Source: a virus
IMG/VR virus record: IMGVR_UViG_3300021961_010439
Location: 15,638 to 79,637 of that record
DNA length: 64,000 nt
Reading direction: 5' to 3' (one strand)
Below are positions 9,787-19,124 of the stretch, in pieces (position 1 is the stretch's first letter; every line of letters begins with the position of its first letter). The translations under genes were made by a program, and so were the position numbers. Below the pieces are notes generated by a model. It ran no database searches. It was not told the origin of the DNA and was given only the letters and a program-made list of their open reading frames with translations.

Positions 9787-11456
9787 CGATTGTTTCCTAA
9801 ACTAGCTTTAAGATGAGCATACTTAATATAGTCATCTGTATTTAGTTTGTCTTGATTAATCATTGCTTGTTGAGCAAAGTTGTGGTTTGATATAATTGTC
9901 TGAAAGGTATCGAGCACATTTTGTCTAGTAAATGGACTGATCTGCATTCCATTTTGCGTATAGCCATACTCTAAATCTCTTATCATCTGTAGGGGTATAA
10001 TACTATTAACTATTGAATGATTTGGTAAAAATTGTCTAAGTATAGTATATACAAAGTTATAGTGATTAATATCTTTTGTCTGTTCTAAAACAGTAGGCGG
10101 TATTGGAGACAAAGGACTAAGAGGCTTATCCCATTGGCCCTGTAATCCAGTTAATTTAGCGCTATCAAAATATTTTTCCCATTTTTTAGCTATGTCGTCC
10201 CAATTATAATAGATCTCTGTTAATTTTCTAGTTTCTTGTCTTTTTTGTTTTTTAAGTAGTTGGGGTTGTTGTTCTAGGTTTTCTATAATTTCAATTAGAT
10301 GATCATTATCCGGATAAACCCTAATAGCCTGAGTTTCTAGTTCCTTAAAAGATCTTTTGACTCTAATAGGAAAACCTTTTAATTTGTGTACCACATCGTT
10401 CATAGCGCTATAATCCACAGCAGCCACGGGAATTCCACAAGCCCCAGCTTCTACTTGAGGCATGCCGAACCCTTCACAAATAGCGTATTGAACGTATAAA
10501 TCAAACATATTGATTATATGTCCTAATTGTTCAGAACGTATTCCGTTATTTACGCTTGGTAATTGCATAGATTTATTACCGCATCTTGGACATCCTGCAA
10601 CAACATGACTAAATAACATAGAACTAATATTACCACAATGTTTACATGCATAAGTAAAAAATACTTTATTAGATATATCGTATTCTTTTAATAGTTGTGG
10701 TATATCCCATCCAGCATCAGGATAACTAGTATGAATATATAAATATGTTTTTTCGTATAGATTAGGATTTTTAAATTTGAGTAAACGAATGGTGTCAAAT
10801 AAATCTGGAATTAATTTTCTTTTCTGATTTCTAACAACAGAGCCAACCACAAACGCATCTTCTGGAACACCGAATGTTTTCCTAATTTCTTTTTGTTCGT
10901 CTATCATTGGTCTAAATGTTAATAAATCAACACCAGGAGATGTTGTGTCTATATAATTAGCATGACCATTACTTTGTTTTATGATTACATCTCTACCAAA
11001 GTCGGAGTAAGTAAAGATGGCATCTGCGGAAATATATGTATCTATCCATGTTTCTTGTTGAGGTTCAGAATCTATAGTAGGCATAACTACCCAGTGATAG
11101 TATGGTCTAAATGGAGAATATTGCTGATATGAATTCATCCAATAGTCTCTGATATCGAATACAATATCAGGTTTAAAATCGAGTAATACTCTATCAAACC
11201 TCCACTTGCCAAACTGATTTTCGCTATTAGAATTATATTCTCTACTTCTAGGATCATTATCTGCTGGAGCATTAGCATATAGCATCCAAGGAATATCACT
11301 ATCTCTTGGATCATTTACTTTAGCATACGAAGCAAATTCTGCAACCTCATATTTATTAGTCGCATATAGTCTTTTCAAGAGTTCACGAGCATATCCAGAG
11401 AAGCCGGAACTTAAATAGCTTGCCTCGGAACACATTAAAAGTCTAAGTTTTTTCAT
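9783..11456 (-). CDS. Glycosyltransferase family 4 with an inserted Zn ribbon
   Basis: RNQKRK and EGFGMPQVEAGACGIP motifs; CKHCG...CPRCG insertion. Confidence 0.88.
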   Translation of the reverse strand: MKKLRLLMCSEASYLSSGFSGYARELLKRLYATNKYEVAEFASYAKVNDPRDSDIPWMLYANAPADNDPRSREYNSNSENQFGKWRFDRVLLDFKPDIVFDIRDYWMNSYQQYSPFRPYYHWVVMPTIDSEPQQETWIDTYISADAIFTYSDFGRDVIIKQSNGHANYIDTTSPGVDLLTFRPMIDEQKEIRKTFGVPEDAFVVGSVVRNQKRKLIPDLFDTIRLLKFKNPNLYEKTYLYIHTSYPDAGWDIPQLLKEYDISNKVFFTYACKHCGNISSMLFSHVVAGCPRCGNKSMQLPSVNNGIRSEQLGHIINMFDLYVQYAICEGFGMPQVEAGACGIPVAAVDYSAMNDVVHKLKGFPIRVKRSFKELETQAIRVYPDNDHLIEIIENLEQQPQLLKKQKRQETRKLTEIYYNWDDIAKKWEKYFDSAKLTGLQGQWDKPLSPLSPIPPTVLEQTKDINHYNFVYTILRQFLPNHSIVNSIIPLQMIRDLEYGYTQNGMQISPFTRQNVLDTFQTIISNHNFAQQAMINQDKLNTDDYIKYAHLKASLGNNR

Positions 11457-11475
11457 AAAATTCTACTTTCGTCCC

Positions 11476-11508
11476 AAAAGACACAAGCCCATATGGGCTT
11501 GTGCTTTT
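11476..11508. terminator. Intrinsic terminator-like hairpin downstream of ssb
   Basis: Perfect 22-bp palindrome CACAAGCCCATATGGGCTTGTG (11482-11503) flanked by AAAAG and CTTTT. Confidence 0.7.
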
Positions 11509-11522
11509 AGGATCGACTAGCA

Positions 11523-11897
11523 TCAGAATGCTACTGTTTCTTCCTGATTAGATTCCTTACCCTTTTTGGATAAACGAGTAATCTTAGAAAAGTTATTAAC
11601 TCTTACTTTAAGAGTACTATGCTTAACTCCATCCTTCTCCCAGTTATCGTTCCTTAGAGAACCTTCAACCATTACTGGATCACCCTTCTTGAAAGATTCT
11701 CCGATAACTTCTGCTCCACTATCCCAAGCTTCGCAATTAACAAAAGTTGTAATCTTATCGCGATCACCATTTGACTTAGTATATTCCCTAGAAACAGCTA
11801 CTGTAAAATTAACAACAGCAGTTTCTTTACCACCCGTTGTAATATATCTAAGTTCTGGATCTCGTGCTAGATTACCCTTTAGTAAAGTGATATTCAT
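11523..11897 (-). CDS. ssb: Single-stranded DNA-binding protein
   Basis: GNLARDPELRY...VVNFTVAV...CEAW...KGDPVMVEGSL OB fold; acidic C-terminus EETVAF. Confidence 0.96.
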   Translation of the reverse strand: MNITLLKGNLARDPELRYITTGGKETAVVNFTVAVSREYTKSNGDRDKITTFVNCEAWDSGAEVIGESFKKGDPVMVEGSLRNDNWEKDGVKHSTLKVRVNNFSKITRLSKKGKESNQEETVAF

Positions 11898-11940
11898 AAT
11901 TTATGTTACTCCTCGAAAAAAATAAAACTCAATACAACCT

Positions 11941-11969
11941 ATTATAACAGGGCCACGCGGCCATGTCAA
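11941..11969 (-). promoter_or_regulatory. Consensus sigma70 promoter for ssb
   Basis: TTGACA-17 nt-TATAAT with an extended -10 TGn on the minus strand, 44 nt upstream of the ssb ATG. Confidence 0.85.
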
Positions 11970-13573
11970 GACGATGGTAGAAAAACCTTTTCAACAATTA
12001 ATCCATCTTTCGTATTAGATTTTTTACCTTTAATAATAATAACATTACCTTCAAATAGTACGTGTCTAAACTGTTTATACTGTTCAGAAAAACACACTAT
12101 TGAATCTGCACAACCAGTACCATCAACAACAGATAAAAAGGCCATATCTTGACCCTTACTTTTGCCGCTTTTGGTTTTTACAACATGTATTCTATCTATT
12201 TCTCCTGCTAGTAGAATATTAGATAAGTTAATATTATTTTTAATATCTCTACATGTTGCATTGGTCATTGTTATATCATACATATCAATTTTAGAACATG
12301 TTATAGGACATCCTAATAGTTCATTTTCTGTATCTGATATCCACTCAGCAGAATCTTCTAAACTAAATGGTGGATGTAATACAGTATACATTAATTCTTG
12401 TACAATAGCTAGCCTATTTTTAGATAGTTTATTTTGTGCAAGATATTGGAGGCTACTATAAAGATTATTATTTATGTTCGACTTGATAATCTCTAGTTCT
12501 CTCGCTGTTAGTTGAGATAATATTGATAGGTCGAACAACATACCATTACGACTTTTTCCAAAAATATCTAATGCTCCCGACCCTATTAATGCTTTGGCCG
12601 CTACACTATTAATTTTTAATAGAACGTCTATCAAGAATAGATACCAGTAATTAGAATCGTATTTAACATTAGCGGCCTCAATAATTTTAATCATCTTATC
12701 AAATACTGATTTACCAACACCCTTAATATCTGTTAGTCCAAAATAAATATTTTCATTATATAAACAGAAGAATTCATTTAGTAATCTTATATCTGGTGTT
12801 CTTATAGAAATATCCATTTCATTACCATTTTGAACCAATTCTTTAATTTCTTGCTGAGGATCTATTTTGTCTTTAGCAAATCTTAGATATGAAGCAAAGA
12901 ATATTTTTGGAAAATGAGCTTTAGTGTAGGCCGATAAATATGCATTAATAGCATAACTAACAGCATGACTTTTATTAAAAGAATATCTTTGGCTTTTCTC
13001 GATCCATCCGAAAATTTCTTCTGCCTGATCCTGATTAACTATTTGTTGATTTTTCGATCCTTCAAGGAATTTTAATTTTACTTTTGCCATTTCTTCTGGT
13101 TTCTTTTTACCAATAGCTTTTCTTAACATATCGGCCTCTTGAAGATTAAAACCAGCAACAGTTTGTGCTATTTCCATAGCTTGTTCTTGATAAATCATTT
13201 CTCCATAAGTGGTCTTTAGTGCTTTTTCAAGAGACGGATGAAAATAATCTAAACTTTCTTGTCCATTCTTTTTATCTATATAATGGTTGCTAACACTTTT
13301 ACCTTCTCTAAAAGCTTCAAGAGATCCTGGTCTCATGATGCTAATTAAAGCAGAAAGTTGTTCTATATTTTCTGGTTTAAGTTTTTTGGCCATAGTTCGT
13401 CCAAGTCTTGATTCTAACTGAAAACATCCTTTGGTATTTCCGGACGAAATCAAGTCCCAAGTTCTAGAACACTCCAGGTTAATATTATCTATAGAAGCAT
13501 TAAAATCTATAGATAATGATTCTTCATTTATGACTGGAAATTTACAGCCACAAGGATAAGTAAAATATTTCAT
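11966..13573 (-). CDS. dnaE: DNA polymerase III alpha, C-terminal half (fingers, HhH, OB)
   Basis: GCFQLES, IYQEQ, ADMLRKAIGKK, YSFNKSHA and FGLTDIKGVG motifs; OB fold MAFLSVVDGTG. Confidence 0.93.
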   Translation of the reverse strand: MKYFTYPCGCKFPVINEESLSIDFNASIDNINLECSRTWDLISSGNTKGCFQLESRLGRTMAKKLKPENIEQLSALISIMRPGSLEAFREGKSVSNHYIDKKNGQESLDYFHPSLEKALKTTYGEMIYQEQAMEIAQTVAGFNLQEADMLRKAIGKKKPEEMAKVKLKFLEGSKNQQIVNQDQAEEIFGWIEKSQRYSFNKSHAVSYAINAYLSAYTKAHFPKIFFASYLRFAKDKIDPQQEIKELVQNGNEMDISIRTPDIRLLNEFFCLYNENIYFGLTDIKGVGKSVFDKMIKIIEAANVKYDSNYWYLFLIDVLLKINSVAAKALIGSGALDIFGKSRNGMLFDLSILSQLTARELEIIKSNINNNLYSSLQYLAQNKLSKNRLAIVQELMYTVLHPPFSLEDSAEWISDTENELLGCPITCSKIDMYDITMTNATCRDIKNNINLSNILLAGEIDRIHVVKTKSGKSKGQDMAFLSVVDGTGCADSIVCFSEQYKQFRHVLFEGNVIIIKGKKSNTKDGLIVEKVFLPSS

Positions 13574-14268
13574 ACTGTTGATGTTGCAAATGAATCTTTA
13601 AATAGGATTTTATGAGATAATCTACGATGTAGTTTCATAAATCTAATCAAAATCTCAGCAGTATCTTTAACGTCCTTAATAGCATCGTGAGCGCCTTCTT
13701 TGGGTATGCCAAAATAATCTCTAACATTATCTAGTGTATAACTAGTTAGGTCTTGGTTGTTTTCAAACCATAAAAACATTACATTCATAATATCAACAAC
13801 ATCTCTCATAAAAAATAGATTACTTCTACTTTCTTTATTAAGATTATTATACTTCTTACTTAGTCTTTCGATAATCTGTAGATCAAATCTGTGAATATTG
13901 TAGCCTGCGGCAATTGGAGCCGTAAATTGGCTCTTTTTACCTCCTCTACAATGATATTTCATAAGATAATCTACAAATAAAGACCAAGAGCTTTTTTGAG
14001 AAGGATACTGATTCCATTCTGCTAGTACATTCTCTTTTGTTGATCCTTTAACTTTAGCATGAAAATCTAGGATATCTCCCTCATAAATATAATTAGGATT
14101 ATCTTCTAGAACCTCTGGCTTAAAATTAATATTGAATTCTGATCCAGGAATAATTGACAACTGTAATGGATCAACCATAACGGCCGCGATTTGAACAGGA
14201 CTACAAATAAATGGATCCGAGCCATCTGTTTCAAAATCAAAAACACAAATTTTGTTATAATTAATCAT
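13570..14268 (-). CDS. DEDDh 3'-5' exonuclease (DnaQ/epsilon-like)
   Basis: FDFETDG (ExoI), AGYNIHRFD (ExoII) and AHDAIKD (ExoIII). Confidence 0.9.
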   Translation of the reverse strand: MINYNKICVFDFETDGSDPFICSPVQIAAVMVDPLQLSIIPGSEFNINFKPEVLEDNPNYIYEGDILDFHAKVKGSTKENVLAEWNQYPSQKSSWSLFVDYLMKYHCRGGKKSQFTAPIAAGYNIHRFDLQIIERLSKKYNNLNKESRSNLFFMRDVVDIMNVMFLWFENNQDLTSYTLDNVRDYFGIPKEGAHDAIKDVKDTAEILIRFMKLHRRLSHKILFKDSFATSTV

Positions 14269-14446
14269 TTACTTCCACTTGTGCAACTGGTACAATAAAT
14301 CTTTTATCTTCTGGATTATCTTTTTTAGCAGCGTTAAGTGCTGTGCAGCAACTTACTCTAATTGTTTCTATCTTAGTATAGTTTTGACCCTCATATACAA
14401 ATGAAGATCCTACGGCTAATTCATGAAATTGTACACTCTTGGACAT
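14261..14446 (-). CDS. Small hypothetical protein
   Basis: 61 aa ORF with a GGAGG RBS, coupled between dnaE-N and the exonuclease. Confidence 0.7.
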   Translation of the reverse strand: MSKSVQFHELAVGSSFVYEGQNYTKIETIRVSCCTALNAAKKDNPEDKRFIVPVAQVEVND

Positions 14447-16322
14447 TTTTTCCTCCAGTTTTAAGTAAATCTTTAATTGTCATAATCTTATCTAACATTG
14501 CTATACCCAATATATCGAATTTAATTATACCGATACTTTCTAAATCTTGCATTTCCATTCCCGCAATAAGTTGTTCGTTTTTTGAATCGTATACCATCGG
14601 GCAAATAGTTTCAAGCTGTTTTTCTGCTATAACAACTCCTGCCGCGTGTTTGCTTTGATTCGACTTTGTTCCTTCTAATCTAATAGCCTGCTCAAACCTT
14701 TTGGCAAGTGGCCCTTTTAATTCTTGTGTGTCTTTATCCAGATAACACCAGTCTTTGAGATTGTCCGCATTATTTTCTAATGCCCACTGTATAATAGATG
14801 CTTCGCCGTATTCTTCTTTCATTTCTTGAAGTTCATCTGCTATTTTGGCTTCATCAGGAATATACTTGGTTATTTTATTCATTTCATCAAACGATATATT
14901 ACCATATACTCTTAAAACATCTTTTAGGGCTCCTCTACCTTTCATTGTATTAAAAGTTATCATTTGAGATACTTTATCGAAACCATACTTTTGTTTAATG
15001 TATGTAATAATATTTTCTCTTTTGTTGATTGGTACGTCAACATCTATATCTGGCATTGATACTCTATCTTTTGTATTTCTTCCAGCATTATAAAATCTAT
15101 CAAAAATTAGATTATATTTAATTGGATCAATACTTGTTATACCAATAAGATACGAAACTAAACATCCCGCAGCGCTTCCTCTTCCGGGTCCGGGTAACCA
15201 ATTATTGGCTTTTACATAATTAACTATATCTTGAACAATAAGAAAATAACTAGATAAACCAGCTCCTTGTAAAACATCTAATTCATATTTAATTCTGTCA
15301 ACATATTCACTTTGATTTTCTTTTGCAATACTGTTTGCTATTTTTTCTTTCCACCCATCTCTACATAATTGTCTTAAATATTCAGCATCATCATAATTGG
15401 ATGGACACTTAAACATTGGTAGCATTGGTTTGTGTGTAATATCATATTCTTCACATAATGAATCTACATATTGAGTATTTTCTATTTCTTCCTCTGTATG
15501 TAAATTATTAATCTCTTCTTGTGATAAAATATGAAAATTATCAGAAGTAAAAAAACAACTCATACCAACTTCTTGGTCAGAATCCATTTTAGACTGTATA
15601 TTCTGAAAAGTTGTTTTCAAATTATTGCATAATAGCACTCTTTGATCAACAGCATCTTCTTTTCTGCAATAATGAGCATCTGGAGTACATATTACTTTTG
15701 TGTTTGATGCTAATCCTAACTCTCTAATTTTTTCTGTAAGAGTTTCTTGTATAGGATTATTAATTTTATCCATTAATTGGGCTTCTAAAAATAAATTATC
15801 CCCAAATATCTCTTTAAGTTCTGATATGCAATTGAGACCAATTTTTTTCCAGTCATCTATGATAGTATCATTTAGTACTATTCTATCAGCTAACACCGAT
15901 CCAAGATGACCACAAATGCCTATAAGGTCAGGCCCACAAACGTTTTTGAGTCCGTTTAGATCGATCCTAGGCTTCCTATAAAAACTTTCCGGGCTGTTGG
16001 ATACAGAAATTAAACGGATAAGATTTTGCCAACCTCGTAGATTCTTAGCCAATACAAGAAAATGAGATAGTTTGCTATTTTCTTTAACTTTATTTTTAGG
16101 ATCATCTTTGCATACATATATTTCACAACCAAGAATAGGCTTAATATTCTTTTTCTTCATAGATGTAAAAAACTGAACAGATCCAGCAATATTACCATGA
16201 TCCGTCAAGGCACAAGACTTTGCTCCTATCTCGTGACATCTATCAGCAATTTGCTCAGGTTTGCTTAGTCCGTCTAATAAAGAAAAATGAGAATGTACAT
16301 GGAGAGGAATATAAGTTTTCAT
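14421..16322 (-). CDS. dnaE: DNA polymerase III alpha, N-terminal half (PHP + palm/thumb)
   Basis: LHVHSHFSLLDG, TDHG, GRGSAAG and catalytic PDIDVD and KFDILG motifs. Confidence 0.95.
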   Translation of the reverse strand: MKTYIPLHVHSHFSLLDGLSKPEQIADRCHEIGAKSCALTDHGNIAGSVQFFTSMKKKNIKPILGCEIYVCKDDPKNKVKENSKLSHFLVLAKNLRGWQNLIRLISVSNSPESFYRKPRIDLNGLKNVCGPDLIGICGHLGSVLADRIVLNDTIIDDWKKIGLNCISELKEIFGDNLFLEAQLMDKINNPIQETLTEKIRELGLASNTKVICTPDAHYCRKEDAVDQRVLLCNNLKTTFQNIQSKMDSDQEVGMSCFFTSDNFHILSQEEINNLHTEEEIENTQYVDSLCEEYDITHKPMLPMFKCPSNYDDAEYLRQLCRDGWKEKIANSIAKENQSEYVDRIKYELDVLQGAGLSSYFLIVQDIVNYVKANNWLPGPGRGSAAGCLVSYLIGITSIDPIKYNLIFDRFYNAGRNTKDRVSMPDIDVDVPINKRENIITYIKQKYGFDKVSQMITFNTMKGRGALKDVLRVYGNISFDEMNKITKYIPDEAKIADELQEMKEEYGEASIIQWALENNADNLKDWCYLDKDTQELKGPLAKRFEQAIRLEGTKSNQSKHAAGVVIAEKQLETICPMVYDSKNEQLIAGMEMQDLESIGIIKFDILGIAMLDKIMTIKDLLKTGGKNVQECTIS

Positions 16323-17362
16323 TCAACGCTTCCTGGGGCTTTGTATTTACCAACAGTATAACCGGGAACCGTGTATTCGTCAACTACCTCTTTCATTCCT
16401 TTAAGTTCCAAATCGTGCTTAACTTGTTCACATTTAGTCATTACTTTATTTGTTGGAGTTAATTGATTATCCCTATATTCTATAATAGGTAATATATTAC
16501 TATTTTCAAATGTTGTTTTTCCAAAATGACACAGTTTACTACACATCCAACTTTTGTTTAGTCTTGGTTTTTTAGTTTGCTTAATATATTCAAATTTATC
16601 TCTAATCATACTTTCTGTTGCGTTCATATCTGACTTATTAAAGCAAACAGAAAATGGCCCCCCATCATTAATAAAATATATTGTTACAATAATATTTTCT
16701 ATCTCTGGATATAAATGTCTTAAAGCATAGTGATAGATTCTGAGTTGAGGATCTATTTCTAGTTTTTCTTGAGTTTTTTCTGCTCCTGTTGCCCAATCTA
16801 ATCTTCTGCCAGTTTTCCAGTCTATAAGTTCATATGTATTATCGTCTATTTTTGTTATTAGGTCGATGGTGCCTTTAATTGCTAAATTACCTTGTAATAT
16901 ACCATCAGATGTTTCGTATTTATATGCTGACCATGGTTTTTTGATTTCGATATCAAATCTTTGTTCCGGACAAACTATGGTGCGGTTTCTTGGATCAAAT
17001 AATCCATTATGGTAATTTAAAGCTTTATATACCCAATTATAACAATCTTTGTAGTCTTTATTCTCCCATACATGATGATTAAACTCTCCTATATAATACT
17101 TATAAACTTTTTCTATGATAATATCTAAATTATATTTTGTAGTATTAATTTCTCCAATAATATCGTCTGTTATAGACTTTTGGTTATTCTGAATACCCTG
17201 CTTAATTACTGCTAATATTTCTAATACTTTATGAACTATCGTGCCTTTATCTGCCTTTTTGTTTGATGGTCCACGCCAACCCAAAACATACTCAAAAAAG
17301 TATTGTTGTTCACACATATTATGGGTATTATAACTAGAACTTCTGAAGTATGTAATTATCAT
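16319..17362 (-). CDS. PD-(D/E)XK exonuclease, RecB/Cas4-like
   Basis: SSY...C N-terminus, GTIVHKVLE, GTIDLI...LIDWKTG, QLRIY and CSKLC (possible Fe-S ligands). Confidence 0.85.
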   Translation of the reverse strand: MIITYFRSSSYNTHNMCEQQYFFEYVLGWRGPSNKKADKGTIVHKVLEILAVIKQGIQNNQKSITDDIIGEINTTKYNLDIIIEKVYKYYIGEFNHHVWENKDYKDCYNWVYKALNYHNGLFDPRNRTIVCPEQRFDIEIKKPWSAYKYETSDGILQGNLAIKGTIDLITKIDDNTYELIDWKTGRRLDWATGAEKTQEKLEIDPQLRIYHYALRHLYPEIENIIVTIYFINDGGPFSVCFNKSDMNATESMIRDKFEYIKQTKKPRLNKSWMCSKLCHFGKTTFENSNILPIIEYRDNQLTPTNKVMTKCEQVKHDLELKGMKEVVDEYTVPGYTVGKYKAPGSVE

Positions 17363-17961
17363 TTAGGTTGCTCTATTGGTAGAATATTAAAATGAACCAT
17401 GAGTTTTTTTAATGTTTCGAATTGTTCTCTTACTGTCATATGTTCGTTACTTATAACAGAACTAAAATTAGTCCAATCGTAGTGAGTAGCATCCAATATT
17501 GATTCGCTAATATGATCAGATTTATGAGGATTTCTATTAAGTCTAAATACTAATCCATTATTTTGTTTGATCGCTTCTATTTCATTGGGAAATCTACAGT
17601 CTGAAACTATTACAATTTCATGATTGCTTCTTTTAATTTTATTGATGAGTGCATTTACCCAAACATTATTATTGAGTTTTCTAAATATATCAGTACCAAC
17701 CAATTGCATTAAATCTCTGGCAGTTAATTGCTTACCATCCCAATAAGCATCTACTAATTCATTTTTATTATCATCTTCTCCATAGCATTGAGCATATGTT
17801 AATCCAAACATATTCATACATATATCTTCTTTTAGTGGATCTGCGAAGTTATATATAACAATATCTTTATATCCATTAGAAGTTAATAGTTCTCGTAAAA
17901 ATTCACAACAAACAGTTTTGCCCGACTGTTTGCGACCAGAAAATGCAATAATTTTAGTCAT
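17359..17961 (-). CDS. Deoxynucleoside monophosphate kinase
   Basis: GRKQSGKT P-loop, FADPLKE, RDLMQLVGTD, SDCRFPNE and HISE motifs. Confidence 0.9.
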   Translation of the reverse strand: MTKIIAFSGRKQSGKTVCCEFLRELLTSNGYKDIVIYNFADPLKEDICMNMFGLTYAQCYGEDDNKNELVDAYWDGKQLTARDLMQLVGTDIFRKLNNNVWVNALINKIKRSNHEIVIVSDCRFPNEIEAIKQNNGLVFRLNRNPHKSDHISESILDATHYDWTNFSSVISNEHMTVREQFETLKKLMVHFNILPIEQPK

Positions 17962-19124
17962 TTAACTTGCTCCAGATATGTTTTGATCTCTTTATTTATC
18001 TCTTCGGATGTCATATCTCCAACATCATTTTTAGATATTGTTGGTATATATACATTATAGGTTTTTTCACACTTGACCTTTATTTGTTCTGCTGCTTTTC
18101 TTCCAGCATCATCATTGTCTGTGAGTACAATTAGATTCATTGCTCCAGAAGCGTCTAATATGAATTTTTGTCTATCGCTCAATGAACAACCAAACATGGC
18201 TACGCTATTGTGAATATTATTTTCCTCTAACCTCCAAACATTACCAGGACTTTCAACTAATATTGCTGTTTGTGAAGAGAGAATATGCTCTTTTGCATAC
18301 CAATAGTTGTATAAATAATTTTGTGACTTAAATCCATAACTATGTTTCCATTTGGAATATTTCCATGAATTATCTGAGGATGGACAAGATGTATTGTGTT
18401 CATGAAAACTATCGCATATAGAGCATTTATCAAATATGGATCGGGCAGTACAACCAACAATAAATCTGTGATCATTATCATAAATAGGAGCAACAACTCT
18501 ATTATACATTTCTTTGCCGGGCGTGGAACACAATCCAATATCATATTTTTCTAAAATATCACTAGAGTATCCTCTTTGAATATAATATTGTGCAGGAATC
18601 AATAGTGCTGAGATAACGTATTTCCTATCTATGACTGTGGTATTGGTATCAGTATTTTTATTTTGTATGTTACTAACAATTTGTGTGAATTTGCTTTTTT
18701 CTTGTGCTTTTCTCGAAACCTTGAAATCTTTTATATCTTTATCAAGAAAATTTAGAGCAAAATCTACTGCCTCATTAAATGAACACATATTATTATCATT
18801 ATTTGGCCAGTCATATTTTTCGACAGATAGTAAGCCTCTGATGAATCCTATGATCGATGACTTAAAAACTTTCTCGCAACTATGTGTTCTACAAGTCCAA
18901 TTACCTCTATAATTATCTCCAAGATGATAAATATTTAATGCTGACGCATTATCTCCGCCATGTATTGGGCATGACATAGTATACATCTTATTGTTCTGTT
19001 TATAGTCTATGCGAAAAGTATCTAATAAAGATTCTATATTATCGCACAGATTATCACAAATCAATTTTAATTGAGTTTGATTATAGGAACGGGATCGCTT
19101 CATTGTCTGATTCATCTGATACAA
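17958..19124 (-). CDS. dnaG: DNA primase (CHC2 Zn finger + Toprim)
   Basis: CPIHGGDN...CRTHSC; ILVESPGNV; DNDDAG; adjacent to the helicase. Confidence 0.88.
   Translation of the reverse strand: MYQMNQTMKRSRSYNQTQLKLICDNLCDNIESLLDTFRIDYKQNNKMYTMSCPIHGGDNASALNIYHLGDNYRGNWTCRTHSCEKVFKSSIIGFIRGLLSVEKYDWPNNDNNMCSFNEAVDFALNFLDKDIKDFKVSRKAQEKSKFTQIVSNIQNKNTDTNTTVIDRKYVISALLIPAQYYIQRGYSSDILEKYDIGLCSTPGKEMYNRVVAPIYDNDHRFIVGCTARSIFDKCSICDSFHEHNTSCPSSDNSWKYSKWKHSYGFKSQNYLYNYWYAKEHILSSQTAILVESPGNVWRLEENNIHNSVAMFGCSLSDRQKFILDASGAMNLIVLTDNDDAGRKAAEQIKVKCEKTYNVYIPTISKNDVGDMTSEEINKEIKTYLEQVK

Noticed and set aside
14261-14446. Paralogy with 58620..58868
   Set aside because: Only a weak N-terminal resemblance (ELxxGxxF), too short to support without an alignment.
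13540-14460. Split intein joining the DnaE halves
   Set aside because: No Cys-initiated N-intein of about 100 aa follows the palm domain, and no C-intein ending in HN precedes the fingers region.
16319-17362. Cas4 or CRISPR-associated function
   Set aside because: No cas1, cas2 or repeat-spacer array is present in the window, and the replication-operon context fits a standalone phage exonuclease.
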